Below are positions 52,371-64,000 of a stretch of DNA of 64,000 nt, piece by piece; within the stretch, counting starts at the first letter, position 1; each line of letters opens with the position of its first letter. The position numbers were made by a program, and so were the translations under genes. This stretch comes from Eledone cirrhosa (lineage: Eukaryota): contig OZ024744.1 in assembly GCA_964016885.1 (NCBI GenBank), positions 43,772,001 through 43,836,000 on the forward strand, in the 5' to 3' direction. The notes beneath the pieces are model-generated. The model was not told where the DNA came from, searched no databases, and saw only the letters and a list, made by a program, of their open reading frames with translations.

Positions 52371-52902
52371 ATTTGAATTCGCCATTCGTTTTAACGGCAA
52401 TGTGGAATGGCTTAACATTTGGAATGTTCGAATCACTTAGCGTAAGTCCATAAAATTCATAATATTCCATTTGTTGAAGCACGCATACAGACAAACACAA
52501 AAATACAACACAAAAAAAAAAAAATAAAAAAAAAAAAAAGGATTTCTCTGGATATAGAATTTTGCTTTCAACATTTGTGGAAATTACAAATGGAGACTCA
52601 GATATTTTGTTTTCCCGCGTTCAGCTTGTCTTCTCCAATCCCAGCCATCGGATTGGCTGCATCGTGCCACATGACGGCTTCTTCATCACGGACACATTTT
52701 TAAATCAGCCATCTTGGATTTTCTTACCATTAATTTTCATAGAAAATGATTTTTTTTATTATTAAAATTTTCTTTAGAATATTTTTTTTAAAGAAAAAAA
52801 ATTAGCAGTATTTCAAAACGGCTACCACCAATTATCAGCAATCAGCAGCAACACCTGGCTAAATATTAACCAACACCAAAAATTCATCAAATACGTGGCA
52901 CC

Positions 52903-53426
52903 ATGAGTCAACATCATTTGCCGTCCTTCGCAGGCGACATCAAGTTGTGGTTTGCGCAGCTGGAATGTTTCTTTGAATTAACCAAGACAAAAGAACAGCA
53001 TAAGCTGAAGGTCCACCGCCAAGTGCGCAAAGGATATTGGTTAATAGTTTAGAGAAGGAGTCGTTGGAGCAACTTGCCGCGTCCGCGGATAAAATACTTG
53101 AGGTGGACTCGAACAGCAATCAGCATAATCCTTATGTGGCTTCAGCTTGCGTCCCCCCACGCAGTTCTTCTGTGGCCGACAGCAAACTGTTGGAGTTGAT
53201 TGAAGCTCTCACCAAAAAGGTAGAAGATTTGACTGTACATCACAGAGAGCCTTCTCAACGTTTGAGGTATCGTTCGCCGCCGTCCTCTATTCATCGCCAG
53301 CACTACGACGCAGACAACAATAATTCTTCGTTGTGTTGGTATCATGCTAACTTCGGCAGTAGGGCACAACGTTGTCGCACGCCCTGTAATTACAAGAGAT
53401 CGGGAAACGCAAAGCTGAGGCACTAG
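52903..53426 (+). pseudogene. gag: gag, internally deleted and frameshifted near 53012
   Basis: N-terminal LPSFAGDIKLWFAQLECFF is joined out of frame to LEQLAASADKILE...LCWYHANFGSRAQRCRTPC. Confidence 0.85.
53402..53408 (+). promoter_or_regulatory. -1 ribosomal frameshift slippery heptamer G_GGA_AAC
   Basis: X_XXY_YYZ pattern in the gag frame; the -1 frame continues into protease-like [10 protein letters not shown]. Confidence 0.8.
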
Positions 53427-56400
53427 GGGCGGCTAGTGAACTCTGGGAAAACCGACCGAACCGCCATCTTTTCGTATACGACCTGCGGTCAAAAAAATTG
53501 TCGATACTGGCGCGTCGCTGAGTATTTGGCCAGTCAGTTATCTCAAAAAAAGCCCAGCTGAAACAAATATAAATCTACGAGCAGTCAACCACACGGCCAT
53601 TCGAACGTACGGGCAAATTTCGCTTCCTCTTCGGTTAAAAAATTTGCGGCGTGATTTGAAGTGGAAGTTTACTATCGCCGACTTGCCATACGCCATTTTG
53701 GGAGCGGATTTTCTCCACCATTTTTCCTTGTTGGTGGACATTCGCAGACAACGCCTTTTTTATGCTGAAACAGGCCTTTCTTTCGAGGGTTCAGAGCCGG
53801 ACGTCGCCACTGTCAACCCTTCCTTTTACTTGGCTGAAGTGGGCAACCAGTATCAAAGCCTGTTACATTCATTCCCTCAGTTGACGCAGGGAAAGTTACG
53901 AATAACTAGCCCGGATCATGCGATTGAACACTTTATATCCACTACAGATCCACCTGTTTTCTCACGTCCTCGAAGATTATCTACAGAGAAGTTGAAAGCT
54001 GCACGGTCTGAATTCGACCACATGCTGGAATTGGGAATAATTCGGCGTTCCACAAGTCCTTGGGCATCGCCTCTACATATGGTACTTAAATCTTCTGGTG
54101 ATTGGAGACCGACGGGTGACTACCGACGCTTAAACGCGATTACTGTGCCTGACCGTTATCTAATCCCGCATTTGCAGGATTTTGCATCGTCATTGCAAGC
54201 TTGCAGAATCTTTTCTAAGCTTGATTTGATTCGTGCTTATAATCAAATTCCGGTTAACAAGGAGGATATTCCGAAGACTGCTATTGCCACTCCTTTTGGA
54301 GCATTCGAGTTCCTCACTATGCCTTTCGGCCTTAGAAATGCTGCAAGTACCTTCCAACGATTTATGGATGATATTACTCGGGGCCTGGATTTTGTGTACA
54401 CGTATATCAATGATGTACTGATTTCTAGTTCTCCCCCTGAGCAGCATTCAAAGCATCTGGATACCCTATTTCGTCGTTTACAGAGATATAATGTCCGTAT
54501 TAATGCTTCCAAGTGTGTTTTCGGCTCGACTTCACTAACATTTTTAGGCCATCTGATTGACGCCGATGGTATTCGACCTCTTCCTGAGAAGGTTAAGGCA
54601 GTATCGGATTTGCCTCCGCCAAGTTCACTGCCACAATTGCGTCAATTCCTGGGCCTTGTACATTTTTATAGGCGATTCGTACCTGGTTATTCCAACTTTC
54701 TGTTCTCGTTGACAGACATTTTTAAGGGTTGCCGGCTTAAGAATATGGACATTTCCTTAAATAAAACGCAGCTTGAGGATTTTAAAAAAGTGAAAAAGGC
54801 GTTAGCGAACGCGTCTTTGCTCGCCCACCCAGTACCCAACGCCGAGCTATCGCTATGTGTTGATGCTTCGGATAGCGCTGTGGGCGCAGTCTTACAGCAG
54901 AAGTGTGATGGGGTACAGCAACCACTCGAGTTCTTTTCGAGGAAGTTAAAGCCTGCCGAAACTCGCTATAGCACCTTTGGAAGGGAGCTATTAGCAATTT
55001 ATTTATCAGTGAAACATTTTGCTCATGTACTTGAAGGTAGAACATTCACCATTTTCACTGATCATAAACCTTTGACGTTTGCTCTTCGAACTAAAGCAGA
55101 CAAATACTCGCCCAGAGAGACGAGACATCTGGACTTCATCTCACAGTTCACGAACGACATTCAACATATTCCGGGTTCTTTGAATACAGCGGCCGATGCG
55201 CTGTCTCGCCTGCCGATCGCATCGATTTCGTCTTCCGAGGAGATAGGTTTACATCGAATGGCAGCTGCCCAACCCACTCTCGAATCGTTGGATGTTACAT
55301 CGCCAGAGTTTGTACAGTGCAAACTGAAATACATTCCGATCTCAACTGCTGACGGACAAATACTGTGTGATGTTTCGTTGGACTCACCACGACCTCTAGT
55401 CCCAGTGGAACATCGACGAACTGCGTTTCTCGCTTTACATGGCATTTCTCACCCAGGAGTATCAGCCTCAGTAAAACTCATAACAGCCAGATTTTTCTGG
55501 CCTGAGATGAGACGTGACATTGCTGCTTGGTGTCGTTCCTGTGTTGCTTGCCAACAAGCGAAAGTTCATAGACATGTTAAGGCTCCTCTCGGAACCTTCA
55601 CCTGCCCCGATGCAAGATTTCGTCACATTCATGTGGACATCGTCGGCCCGTGGCCGGTTAGTCGTGGCTTTTCGTATCTTTTGACGATTGTTGACCGTTT
55701 TTCGCATTGGGCTGAAGCCATCCCTATAACAGATATCACCGCTGAAACCACAGCCCGTACTCTCGTATCTTCATGGATCGCTCGTTTCGGTGTACCAACC
55801 ACCATAACAACGGATCGTGGTCGTCAATTTGAGTCTAACCTCTTCCGAGAACTAACCCAAATCCTGGGGGCTACTCGAATAAGAACCACGGCTTACCACC
55901 CAGCCTCAAACGGAATGGTGGAAAGATTCCACAGGCACTCAAAGCCTCCTTAAGGGCTTCCATGGACTCTTCACGTTGGAGCGAGTACCTACCTATTGTG
56001 TTGTTGGGTATTCGGTCGACGGTAAAGGTGGACCTTGGGTTCTCCTCTGCCGAATTAGTTTATAGTACTCCTCTGGCGTTACCGGGGAAAATGCTGGCTC
56101 CTTTTGACCTGACTTCGCAGGACCCCGCTTCCTACGTGTCCCGGCTTCACTCTTATTTCAAGGATCTACCACCGATGGGCACTAGGAAGCAGACTGTAAA
56201 AACTGCCGTCCCAAGGGATATTGCCTTGTGGACACATGTGTTCGTTAGAGACGACGCCGTGAGACCCCCTCTTCAACGGCCGTACTCAGGACCCTATCGT
56301 GTGCTTGTTCGCACAGACAAACATTTCACACTGGACATTCGGGGTTCCAGGGAAACGGTTTCCGTTGATCGTCTCAAACGAGCAAACCTGGACAATGACA

Positions 56401-56546
56401 CAATGACACTTGAAACTCAAATGCCCCCTTCTTTTTCTTTGCCACATAGGCCTATTTCTCCCCCCCCCCCATCAACACACAGAACTACGACCCGTTCTGG
56501 GCGAAAGGTGCATTGGCCCCGTAAGCTATGCAGTAATATAAACTGA
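53402..56546 (+). pseudogene. pol: pol (protease, RT, RNase H, integrase) with frameshifts near 53495 and 55937 and a YIDD>YIND change
   Basis: VDTGAS (53500), [30 protein letters not shown] (54403), [32 protein letters not shown]. Confidence 0.95.
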
Positions 56547-57240
56547 ATTGTATTCTTTTTTTTCTTCCAATTGTTTTTGCTGTATATTGCATTTTGTTAC
56601 TTTTTGATTCTTGACTGCCTACGGCAGTGTCAATATATTATATTTTTCGTAACATTACGACTATTGTCAATTCTGACACAGTCCATTTTTTTTAGTGCAT
56701 TTTTATAACTATGCTACATATGGCATTTTTATTGCCTAGCAAAACATTTTTTTCTTGTTTATCGCATTTGGGGCCCCTTTATTGCGAAGAGTGTTATCTT
56801 TTCATGCATTTTGCATCTTTTACTGTACGTTTTTTTTTCTGTGTTAATGCTTGCAGACATGAACCTATTTATTATTTTTTTTTTAATTTGTTGATACATT
56901 CTTCTACATTTTGTAAACTACCTTCGCTTCATTGTTAACGGTTTTTCGACAAAAAATCTGCTACGAGGTGAATGTAGTGGCTGAGATGGTCGCTTGGCAA
57001 CTAGCAGTTGCCTCCCCTTAACAACACTTCAGAGAGCGGAGGCAAAAATACATCCGGACACAGACGCAGGTTCACTCACTCTCTTTGGACCGCGGACATG
57101 AACAGACGTGGAAAGATTCGCTCTTCAAAATATTGACGTTGTAGGAAATTTACTAAATTATCGCATTTAATAAAATGATTGTTAGATTTGATTGTTCATT
57201 TATTTATTCAACAAAGAGAAACATCCCTTTCCTTTAGGAT

Positions 57241-57567
57241 CTCTGAAACTAAAAAAAATCAATCTGTGAACGCAGAAGTAAATATTTCTAAAAACGTTGC
57301 AACCGGAAGAAAACAGGAAGATGATACTTTGGTTCGTGAAGACGTTAGGAATGTCGTATAACCGGAAGTGTTGACATTTGAACATTTTAAAGAAGTGAAT
57401 ATTTAAATAATGTCTTTAATCTTTTAACAAAATTGAGTACACAAAAATACCCTCACTTTCTAACTTGGAAAAAGTTACATCTATGGTGCAAATTTGGAGC
57501 CGTTTGGTCCAGCCGCTTGGCGGAAAGTTTGTTACTTACATACGGCCGTCAGCTTTATAGTATAGAT
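57241..57567 (+). repeat. Interspersed repeat interrupted by the Gypsy element (5' part 52013-52069); possibly Helitron-like non-autonomous
   Basis: The joined flanks match the reverse complement of ~59895-60055; the end AAATTTGGAGCCGTTTGGTCCAGCCG...CTTTATAGTATAGAT resembles Helitron-derived repeats (class uncertain). Confidence 0.55.
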
Positions 57568-58008
57568 GCTTAATTAAAAACGTTTTGAAGACCTTGCGCT
57601 ATTATTTTAAAGTAGTGACTATGTCACTTATTTTTTCAACAAACAAAGGGAGATAAGCTGACAGATCTGTTTCATACTGTTCGTAATCATCAGAGCTTAA
57701 CACTCGCCGATGCTTGTTGAAAATTATAGATGTTGGATTCTTATAGAATTCCAGTAGTAATCAGGAACTGATTATACAGAGCGATTGCCGGTCCAGCAAA
57801 AATTGAAAATTAGAATGGGGCTCTGAAATAGCGATGTATACATGAATGTATATATAGTATATACAGTTTATCTCCCTTTGTTTGTTGAAAAAAGAAGTAA
57901 CATAGTTTTCAAAATGTTTTTAATTAAGCATACAGTATATTGCCAAACATACTATATATAATTTCATGTATACATCGCTATTTCAGAGCACCATTCTAAT
58001 TTTCAATA
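57568..58008. mobile_element. Retrozyme-like element copy 2 (permuted near-full unit plus inverted partial copy)
   Basis: Homologous to 49983-50722 (e.g. GTTGGATTCTTATAGAATTCCAGTA.TAATCAGGAACTGATTATACAGAGCG); inversion junction ~57860-57864. Confidence 0.8.
57655..57698 (-). ncRNA. Minimal type I hammerhead ribozyme with palindromic stem III
   Basis: Minus: AAGCT-CTGATGA-TTACGAACAGTAT-GAAA-CAGATCTG-TC-AGCTT; perfect stem I, intact core, mismatched base of stem II. Confidence 0.8.
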
Positions 58009-58439
58009 CAATATATATATTTTTATATATATATATATATATAGTTTTGCGAGGTTTTTTTATATGAAATCGTGTGTCGAAACAAATATTGTTATACTTG
58101 GGGAGGGTCATATTTGTGTAATATTGCCAGAATTAATAAATATATAGACAGACTGAATAAAAATGGCGTAGACATACAACACAACAGGAGGAAAATATAA
58201 CACCACTGACGATGTTGCAGATGTGCAACGAAAGATTCATGATAAACTATATATATGTGTTTGTGTCTATATTGTATCTGTATTATTTTTGACCGTCGGT
58301 CAGTCAATGGCAACATTGAGGACCGAGTAAGTTAGATTACCGATATAAAAGACAGCGAGAAGCGAAAACCAACCAAACAGTGAGTGTGTTCTGTTATTAA
58401 TTCTGGCAATATTACACAAATATGACCCTCCCCAATTAT

Positions 58440-58554
<115 letters not shown>

Positions 58555-58669
58555 TATAAAAATTTCAGGTTATTAATAATGTAGTGATAATATATCGTCA
58601 CGTTAGAGATGAACAGCGTAGGTGTAGGTTTGCTCAACGAGTATAAATTATATTCCGGAGAAAATATAG

Positions 58670-59019
58670 AAAAGATGAATATAAAATGAAAGTGCTTTTA
58701 TAAAGGAATTTATTAGGTATTGACATATGTTTCTGTTACAGACGGAATACCTATGTATCGCTGCTTGCGTAATCATATAATGTTAGCAAGTATTCGATAG
58801 CAAATGTATAATCAGTTGTCACTTCTTCAGAGATATTGGATAAATTTATCCAATATCTCTGAAGAAGTGACAACTGATTATGCATTTGCTATCGAATACT
58901 TGCTAACATTATATGATTACGCAAGCAGCGATACATAGGTATTCCGTCTGTTACAGAAACATATGTCAATACCTAATAAATTCTTTTATAAAAGCACTTT
59001 CATTTTATATTCATCTTTT
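58670..59019. repeat. 350-bp near-perfect spacerless palindrome
   Basis: Centre GGATAAA|TTTATCC at 58844/58845; 175-bp arms with ~3 mismatches. Confidence 0.95.
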
Positions 59020-59029
59020 ATATATATAT

Positions 59030-59507
59030 ATCTATCTATCTATCTATCTAAGGCGGGTAAAATTCCCGAGATCCATGGACGAGTTCTCTCCAGCGGTCTC
59101 TGTCCCTCATTATCGCTGCCATATCCTGCATCTCCAACAGACCAGTGTCTGTCCTTAGGGCATCAACATATGTTAACCTTGGTCTTCCTCTTCTAGTGTG
59201 TCCATGTAGGGGCTCCCAAAGGAGCACTGAGTGCAATGTCAACTCTGGATGTCGGTGAGCATGTCCAGCCAACCTCAGTCTCCTCTGTGTCACTTTTGAG
59301 CTGACTTTTGGGATGGTCCCATACAGCTCTGAGTCGGACCTTCGTAGAGACCTGAAAATCCGCCTCTTCATTGCTGTAGTGGAGTCTGTGCTGCTGTATG
59401 GGTCTGAGACTTGGACACTGACCAAGAGACTCACTCAGATGGTGGATGGGTGCTACACGAGAATGCTGAGGATGGCTCTGAACATTAATCAGTATACACT
59501 GAGGATG

Positions 59508-59510
<3 letters not shown>
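59030..59510 (-). mobile_element. RTE-type LINE 3' fragment with inverted 5' segment and (TAGA)n tail
   Basis: Minus 59331-59048: ELYG...RRLRLAGH...RRGRPRLTYVD; plus 59332-59509: KIRLFIAVVESVLLYGSETWTLT...RMLRMALNI. Confidence 0.85.
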
Positions 59511-59545
<35 letters not shown>

Positions 59546-59549
59546 GTTA

Positions 59550-59600
<51 letters not shown>

Positions 59601-59664
59601 ATAATAATAAATTTGAAGACTAAAATCCAAAGAGGGCTCGATAAGGATAAATATATATCAAATA

Positions 59665-60057
59665 TATAAGAACCGTGGTTTGGTCTTTGCGCGCAATTGT
59701 TCTCCACGCTCCACATATGACGTATTATCTTCGTTTTTTCCGTTCATTGCCAGAAAACGTCTCTATGAACCACCTAAGAGAACATTAGCCTACGACTTCT
59801 TTATACCATAAACGTGGTTCTGTCTTTCCGCGTAATTGTTTTTCACCGTACCTATTAATGACGTATTATATTCGTTTTTCCCGTTCTTTGCCAGGGAACG
59901 TTTCCACGAACCAAAGTATCGTCTTCCTGTCTTCCTCCGGTTGCAACGTATTTTGAAATATTCACTTCTGCGTTCACAGATTGACTTTGTTAGTTTCAGA
60001 AGATCCCGTTAAGGGTGAAAGCAGAGATTCTTTGCTTAAACTTTAATCTGCTTAAAC

Positions 60058-60058
<1 letters not shown>
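59665..60058 (-). repeat. Second, uninterrupted copy of the repeat hosting the Gypsy insertion, with an internal ~140-bp tandem duplication
   Basis: Reverse complement CTTTCACCCTTAACGGGATCTTCTGAAACTAAC; CGTGGTT...TGACGTATTAT...GAACC occurs twice. Confidence 0.75.
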
Positions 60059-60112
<54 letters not shown>

Positions 60113-60374
60113 TCCTATCACCATCATCGTCATACGTCAATGTGGTGCTCGTAAGACTCATTGAGGTCAACTTTGTCTTTTAATTTTTTTACCTCAATTT
60201 TGCCTTTCATCTTTTTGAGATCAATTTTGCCTTTCGTCGAGGATGAATTGGCGGAAATTGGCGGAATTGTTAAAATACTGATGGGATGTTTTATGGTATC
60301 TGATCTGGTTTCAGTGCCTTCCGTTTTCAAATGCTCTGCCCAGGAGACGCAAATGGCAAATAGTATTAACAATG

Positions 60375-62910
60375 TATACATTGATGGCTTCTACAGAGTC
60401 CCTGGAGGCCACAGATTTGGCAAAAGGCATCAGGAAGGTTTCAGGCTCCTAGAATTCTGCAACGCCAATGAAATATTCATATGAAACACACGCTTCAAAA
60501 AACCCGACAACCACCTGATCACCTGTAGATCAAGGGAGCATTCTAGTCAGATAGATTTTATCTTTATCAGAAGGCGAGATAGAGTATCGGTGGTAAACAC
60601 GAAATCCTACCCTGGTGAGGAATGTACCACCCAACATAACCTAGTAGTCAGCGACCTCATTGTCAAAGCTAGACGAACTTGGAAACAGAAAGCAGCCTAA
60701 AGGAGAAGGATATGGAAGCAGAAAGATTCCTCATGCAGCTACAGATTGAGAGATAATTTGCTTGACTCTTATGACAGTAAAGAACAACAGATAGAAGCAT
60801 TCAATATAGGGGAGCACTGGGAGTTCCTGAAGGCGACAGACGAGATATTTGAATGGAGCAGGGCTACTAAGAGGAGGGTGACTGGGGGTGGAACAATAAG
60901 GTATATGTGTCAATTAAAGCCAAGAGACTGGCATAGGAAAAATGGAAGAACGGGAGAAGCAGAGTACACTACATAGAGACCAGGAGGGAAGCTGGGCAAC
61001 AAGTATACTTAGCAAGGAGGGAAGCAGGGGACAAAAGAAACAAGCATGTTTTTCAGCGTGATGACCAAAAACAGGAAGTGTTCAGGATTGTGAGACAGTG
61101 AGTTAGGTAAAATTGTGATGTCATTCGTGAGCCGGGATGGTAAAGGTTCACTTGTCGTCACAGACGCCGATAATAAAGCTGCATGCAAGAGCCATTATGA
61201 AAGATTACTAAATGAGGAGAATACATTGGAGTTAAAGACCCTACCCCAAGTGGATCCTACAGAGGGCCAAGCAATAGAAGTCAGCAACAATGTAGTAAGT
61301 AAGGCAATTAAGGATATGAAGACTGGGAAAGCAGCCGGGCTATCAGGCATAGTTACCGAGGTGCTGAAAGTATCTTAGTCGGTAGGACACACCATAACCA
61401 CACGTATTGTTAACCAGGTAATACTAGATAGTGTCATACCAAATGATTAGCACAGTAGCATCATTGTCAACTGCTACAAGGGTAAAGGAGATGCACTAGA
61501 TAGAGGAAACTATAGAGGTATAAAGTTGATGGACCAGGTCATGAAAGTAACAGAAAGAGTTATAGAACAGCTGATTAGGGACCGGGTAAGTCTAGATGAG
61601 ATGCCGTTCGGATTTGTATCCGGCAAAAGCACCACAGATCGCCTCTTATTGGTAAAGCAGCTGCAGGAAAAGTACCAAGCTAAAAGGAAGCCGCGCTACT
61701 TGGCATTTTGTCGATTTGGAAAAGCTTTTGATAGGGTACCCCGTGCCATAATTTGGTGGGCTTTTAGAAAACTAGGAGTAGATGAGTGGCTTGTAAAGGC
61801 TGTACAAGTCATGGATAGAGGAGCAGCCAGCAAAGTTAGGATTAGCAATGACTATAGCGAGGCATTTAGCGCACAACTTGGCGTCCATCAGGGCTTTGTT
61901 TTTAGCCCTCTCCTGTTTATAATCGTACTACAGGCTATAACAGAGGAGTTTCAGACTGGCTGCCCGTGGGAACTCCTGTACGCGGATGATATTACACTCA
62001 TAGTGGAGTCTTTGGTGGAAATAGAAAAGAAATTCCAAACATGGAAGCAGGGCCTAGAAACAAGAGGTCTTAAAGTCAACCTGACAAAAACTAACGTGCT
62101 AGTAAGTAGAAGAGAAAAGGGATCCCTGGTCCCCCGGGGAAATGGCCTTGCTCAATTTGTAGGAAAAAAGTCGGTAGAAATTCCATACTCTGCCCAAATG
62201 CAAACTATGACTACACAAGAGATGTAGTGGGATATCAATAAGTTTAGCTAAGAATATAGGCCTCACATGTAACCGCTGCATCGGGGCAGTAAGCAGCAAA
62301 TGACCACAGGAAATAAACGCTATCAAATTTTGGGGTAGTTCGGTAGAAACAGTAGACAGCTTCTCCTACCGGTGTGACCAAATTACTAGCGGAGGTGGGT
62401 GTTCTGAAACTATAGTAGCCAGAGTAAGATCGGGATAGAAAGGATGTTGTAGCTAGCAGTACTACCACAGCTAGCTACAATATTTTTTTCCTCAAAATGA
62501 AAGGCAACCAGTATGATGCGTGCATAGGAACAACAATATTGCATGGTAGTGAGACCGGAGCGCTGTGTGCAGAAGACTTGCATACGTTGGAAAGAAATGA
62601 AACTCACATGCTCTGATGAATATGTAATTGTAATATACGTGAACGACAAAGCATAAACGAACTGAAAAAGAAACTAGGCATAAGAGGAATCAGATGATGT
62701 GTGCAGGAGAGGACATTACGTTGGTATGGACATGTGACGCGTATTAAGGATGACAGCTGTATAAAAAGTTGCAGAGCGCTCAAAATTGATGGAAGCCATT
62801 GGGTGGAAAGACCCAGGAAGTCTTGGCATGAGGTGATAAAAGCTGACCTTGCCCAATTGCACCTCTCAAATGTGATGACACAGGACCAGGATCTCTGGTG
62901 TTATAGTAAT
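60375..62910 (+). pseudogene. Degenerate RTE-clade LINE (APE endonuclease, RT, C-terminus)
   Basis: GGHRFGKR..EG.RLLEFC, SQIDFI, GKAAG, KAFDRVPR, GVHQG..FSPLLF, LLYADDI, GLKVNLTKT, LRWYGHV; many stops and frameshifts. Confidence 0.92.
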
Positions 62911-63487
62911 ACAGAATACCCGCCTTCCCATGGGCACAGGCTGAAGCTAAAGCATACATATATATATATAGTATGCATCCCTCCCATACATCTCTCATGA
63001 GGACAGGCTGTAGCATATGTCCAGTGAAGCCTCTAGCCGACACTGTAAAGTGGTCATGGTGGTGACACGGCAAAAAGTACTTCTCTTAACCTCTTTTATA
63101 TTCAATTATGTAAATTACTCCAGATGAAATCCGTCCTAAACTTTTTTCCTTTGTAAAAATCTAAACCCCAAACAATAAGCAACGTAGAAAAGTAATCTGT
63201 TAACCAGATCATAAATGTTCAGAGTTGTCACTTGGCATATTACGTAAATAAACTCTACAAAATATTCTTTTTTGTTTTCTTTTTTTAAAAAAACCTTGAG
63301 AATCACAAGCAATTGCTATTAAAAGTTTCATGAATTTCCACCGACATACATAAACATTCCAATTGTATTTTTTTCTAGTACACAATTCAATACGCACCTC
63401 ATACATATATGTGTGTGTATACACACACACACATACACACACCCATATATATATATTTATATACATATATATATATATGTACATAAC

Positions 63488-63573
<86 letters not shown>

Positions 63574-63685
63574 CATACGGAATATATATATATATATATA
63601 CATACACCTACACACACATGTATTGATAGTGGTGTATCCATATGTGTTCATGTTTGTACCATATGTCTCCTGTAAGACCACTGAC

Positions 63686-63694
63686 TATATAAAG
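63686..63694 (+). promoter_or_regulatory. Putative TATA box
   Basis: TATATAAAG 57 nt upstream of an ATG in CAACCATG context. Confidence 0.5.
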
Positions 63695-63742
63695 AGTAGG
63701 AATAACAGAGAGAAGACACAGCTGTTCTCTTCTTCTTCAACC

Positions 63743-63791
63743 ATGTTGTACTTGAGTTGCCTCGCACTTGCTTTCGTGGCCATCTTTGCAG
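63743..63791 (+). CDS. Probable first coding exon of a secreted protein (signal peptide MLYLSCLALAFVAIFA-)
   Basis: Good Kozak context, hydrophobic 16-aa stretch, phase-1 splice donor CAG|GTAAAT, upstream TATA. Confidence 0.6.
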
Positions 63792-64000
63792 GTAAATATC
63801 ACACTTACATGATATATCTATAGCTCACACACCCCTATCTTCACGTACGTAACACTACCGGGGATTATGTGGAACTACATCGTCTACACAGCCCATATAT
63901 ATATATCCTGCAGCGATGTGTATTGTCTTTAAAACGTAGAAATATCCGAGACCCCCAGTAGACAACTGATGAGGGAGCCCTACCCCCTCCCTGTTCTTGC

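Larger units (their letters stand above)
52070..57236 (+). mobile_element. Defective Ty3/Gypsy LTR retrotransposon, CsRn1-like clade
   Basis: 264-bp LTRs 52070-52333 and 56973-57236 (5 substitutions), TSD GGAT, Trp PBS at 52335, Gag C-x2-H-x9-C-x3-C motif, PR-RT-RH-IN order. Confidence 0.96.

Noticed and set aside
53142-55707. Antisense and alternative-frame ORFs within the Gypsy element
   Set aside because: Shadows of the gag/pol coding sequence
60130-60381. 83-aa minus ORF with a signal-peptide-like start
   Set aside because: Overlaps SINE-like fragments and a triplicated TCAATTTTGCCTTTC motif next to the LINE; no splice or promoter support

Overview
AT-rich animal genomic DNA; a tRNA-derived SINE resembling octopod cephalopod SINEs suggests the taxon (inference only). 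Bases 1-~45,590 are a G-rich-strand 28-bp satellite (consensus AGAGGTAACATAGGGTGGTGTCTAATAT). It has a homogeneous nested higher-order core (~1.56 kb, 3,376 bp and 6,969 bp periods; ~1.1-20.7 kb) and a more diverged flank. Two non-coding LTR elements (21,791-23,911 +; 33,499-36,237 -) interrupt it. Bases 45.6-64 kb are transposon-dense: a defective CsRn1-like Ty3/Gypsy element (52,070-57,236), two Penelope-like fragments, two RTE-type LINE relics (one 5'-inverted), SINEs and (TA)n tracts. They also hold several small inverted-repeat elements carrying hammerhead-ribozyme motifs, including a ~318-bp retrozyme-like family present twice. All three LTR elements share a tRNA-Trp primer site with a second tRNA-complementary box. 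The window ends with a probable TATA promoter and signal-peptide first exon of a host gene. Alignments and mismatch counts were done by eye.
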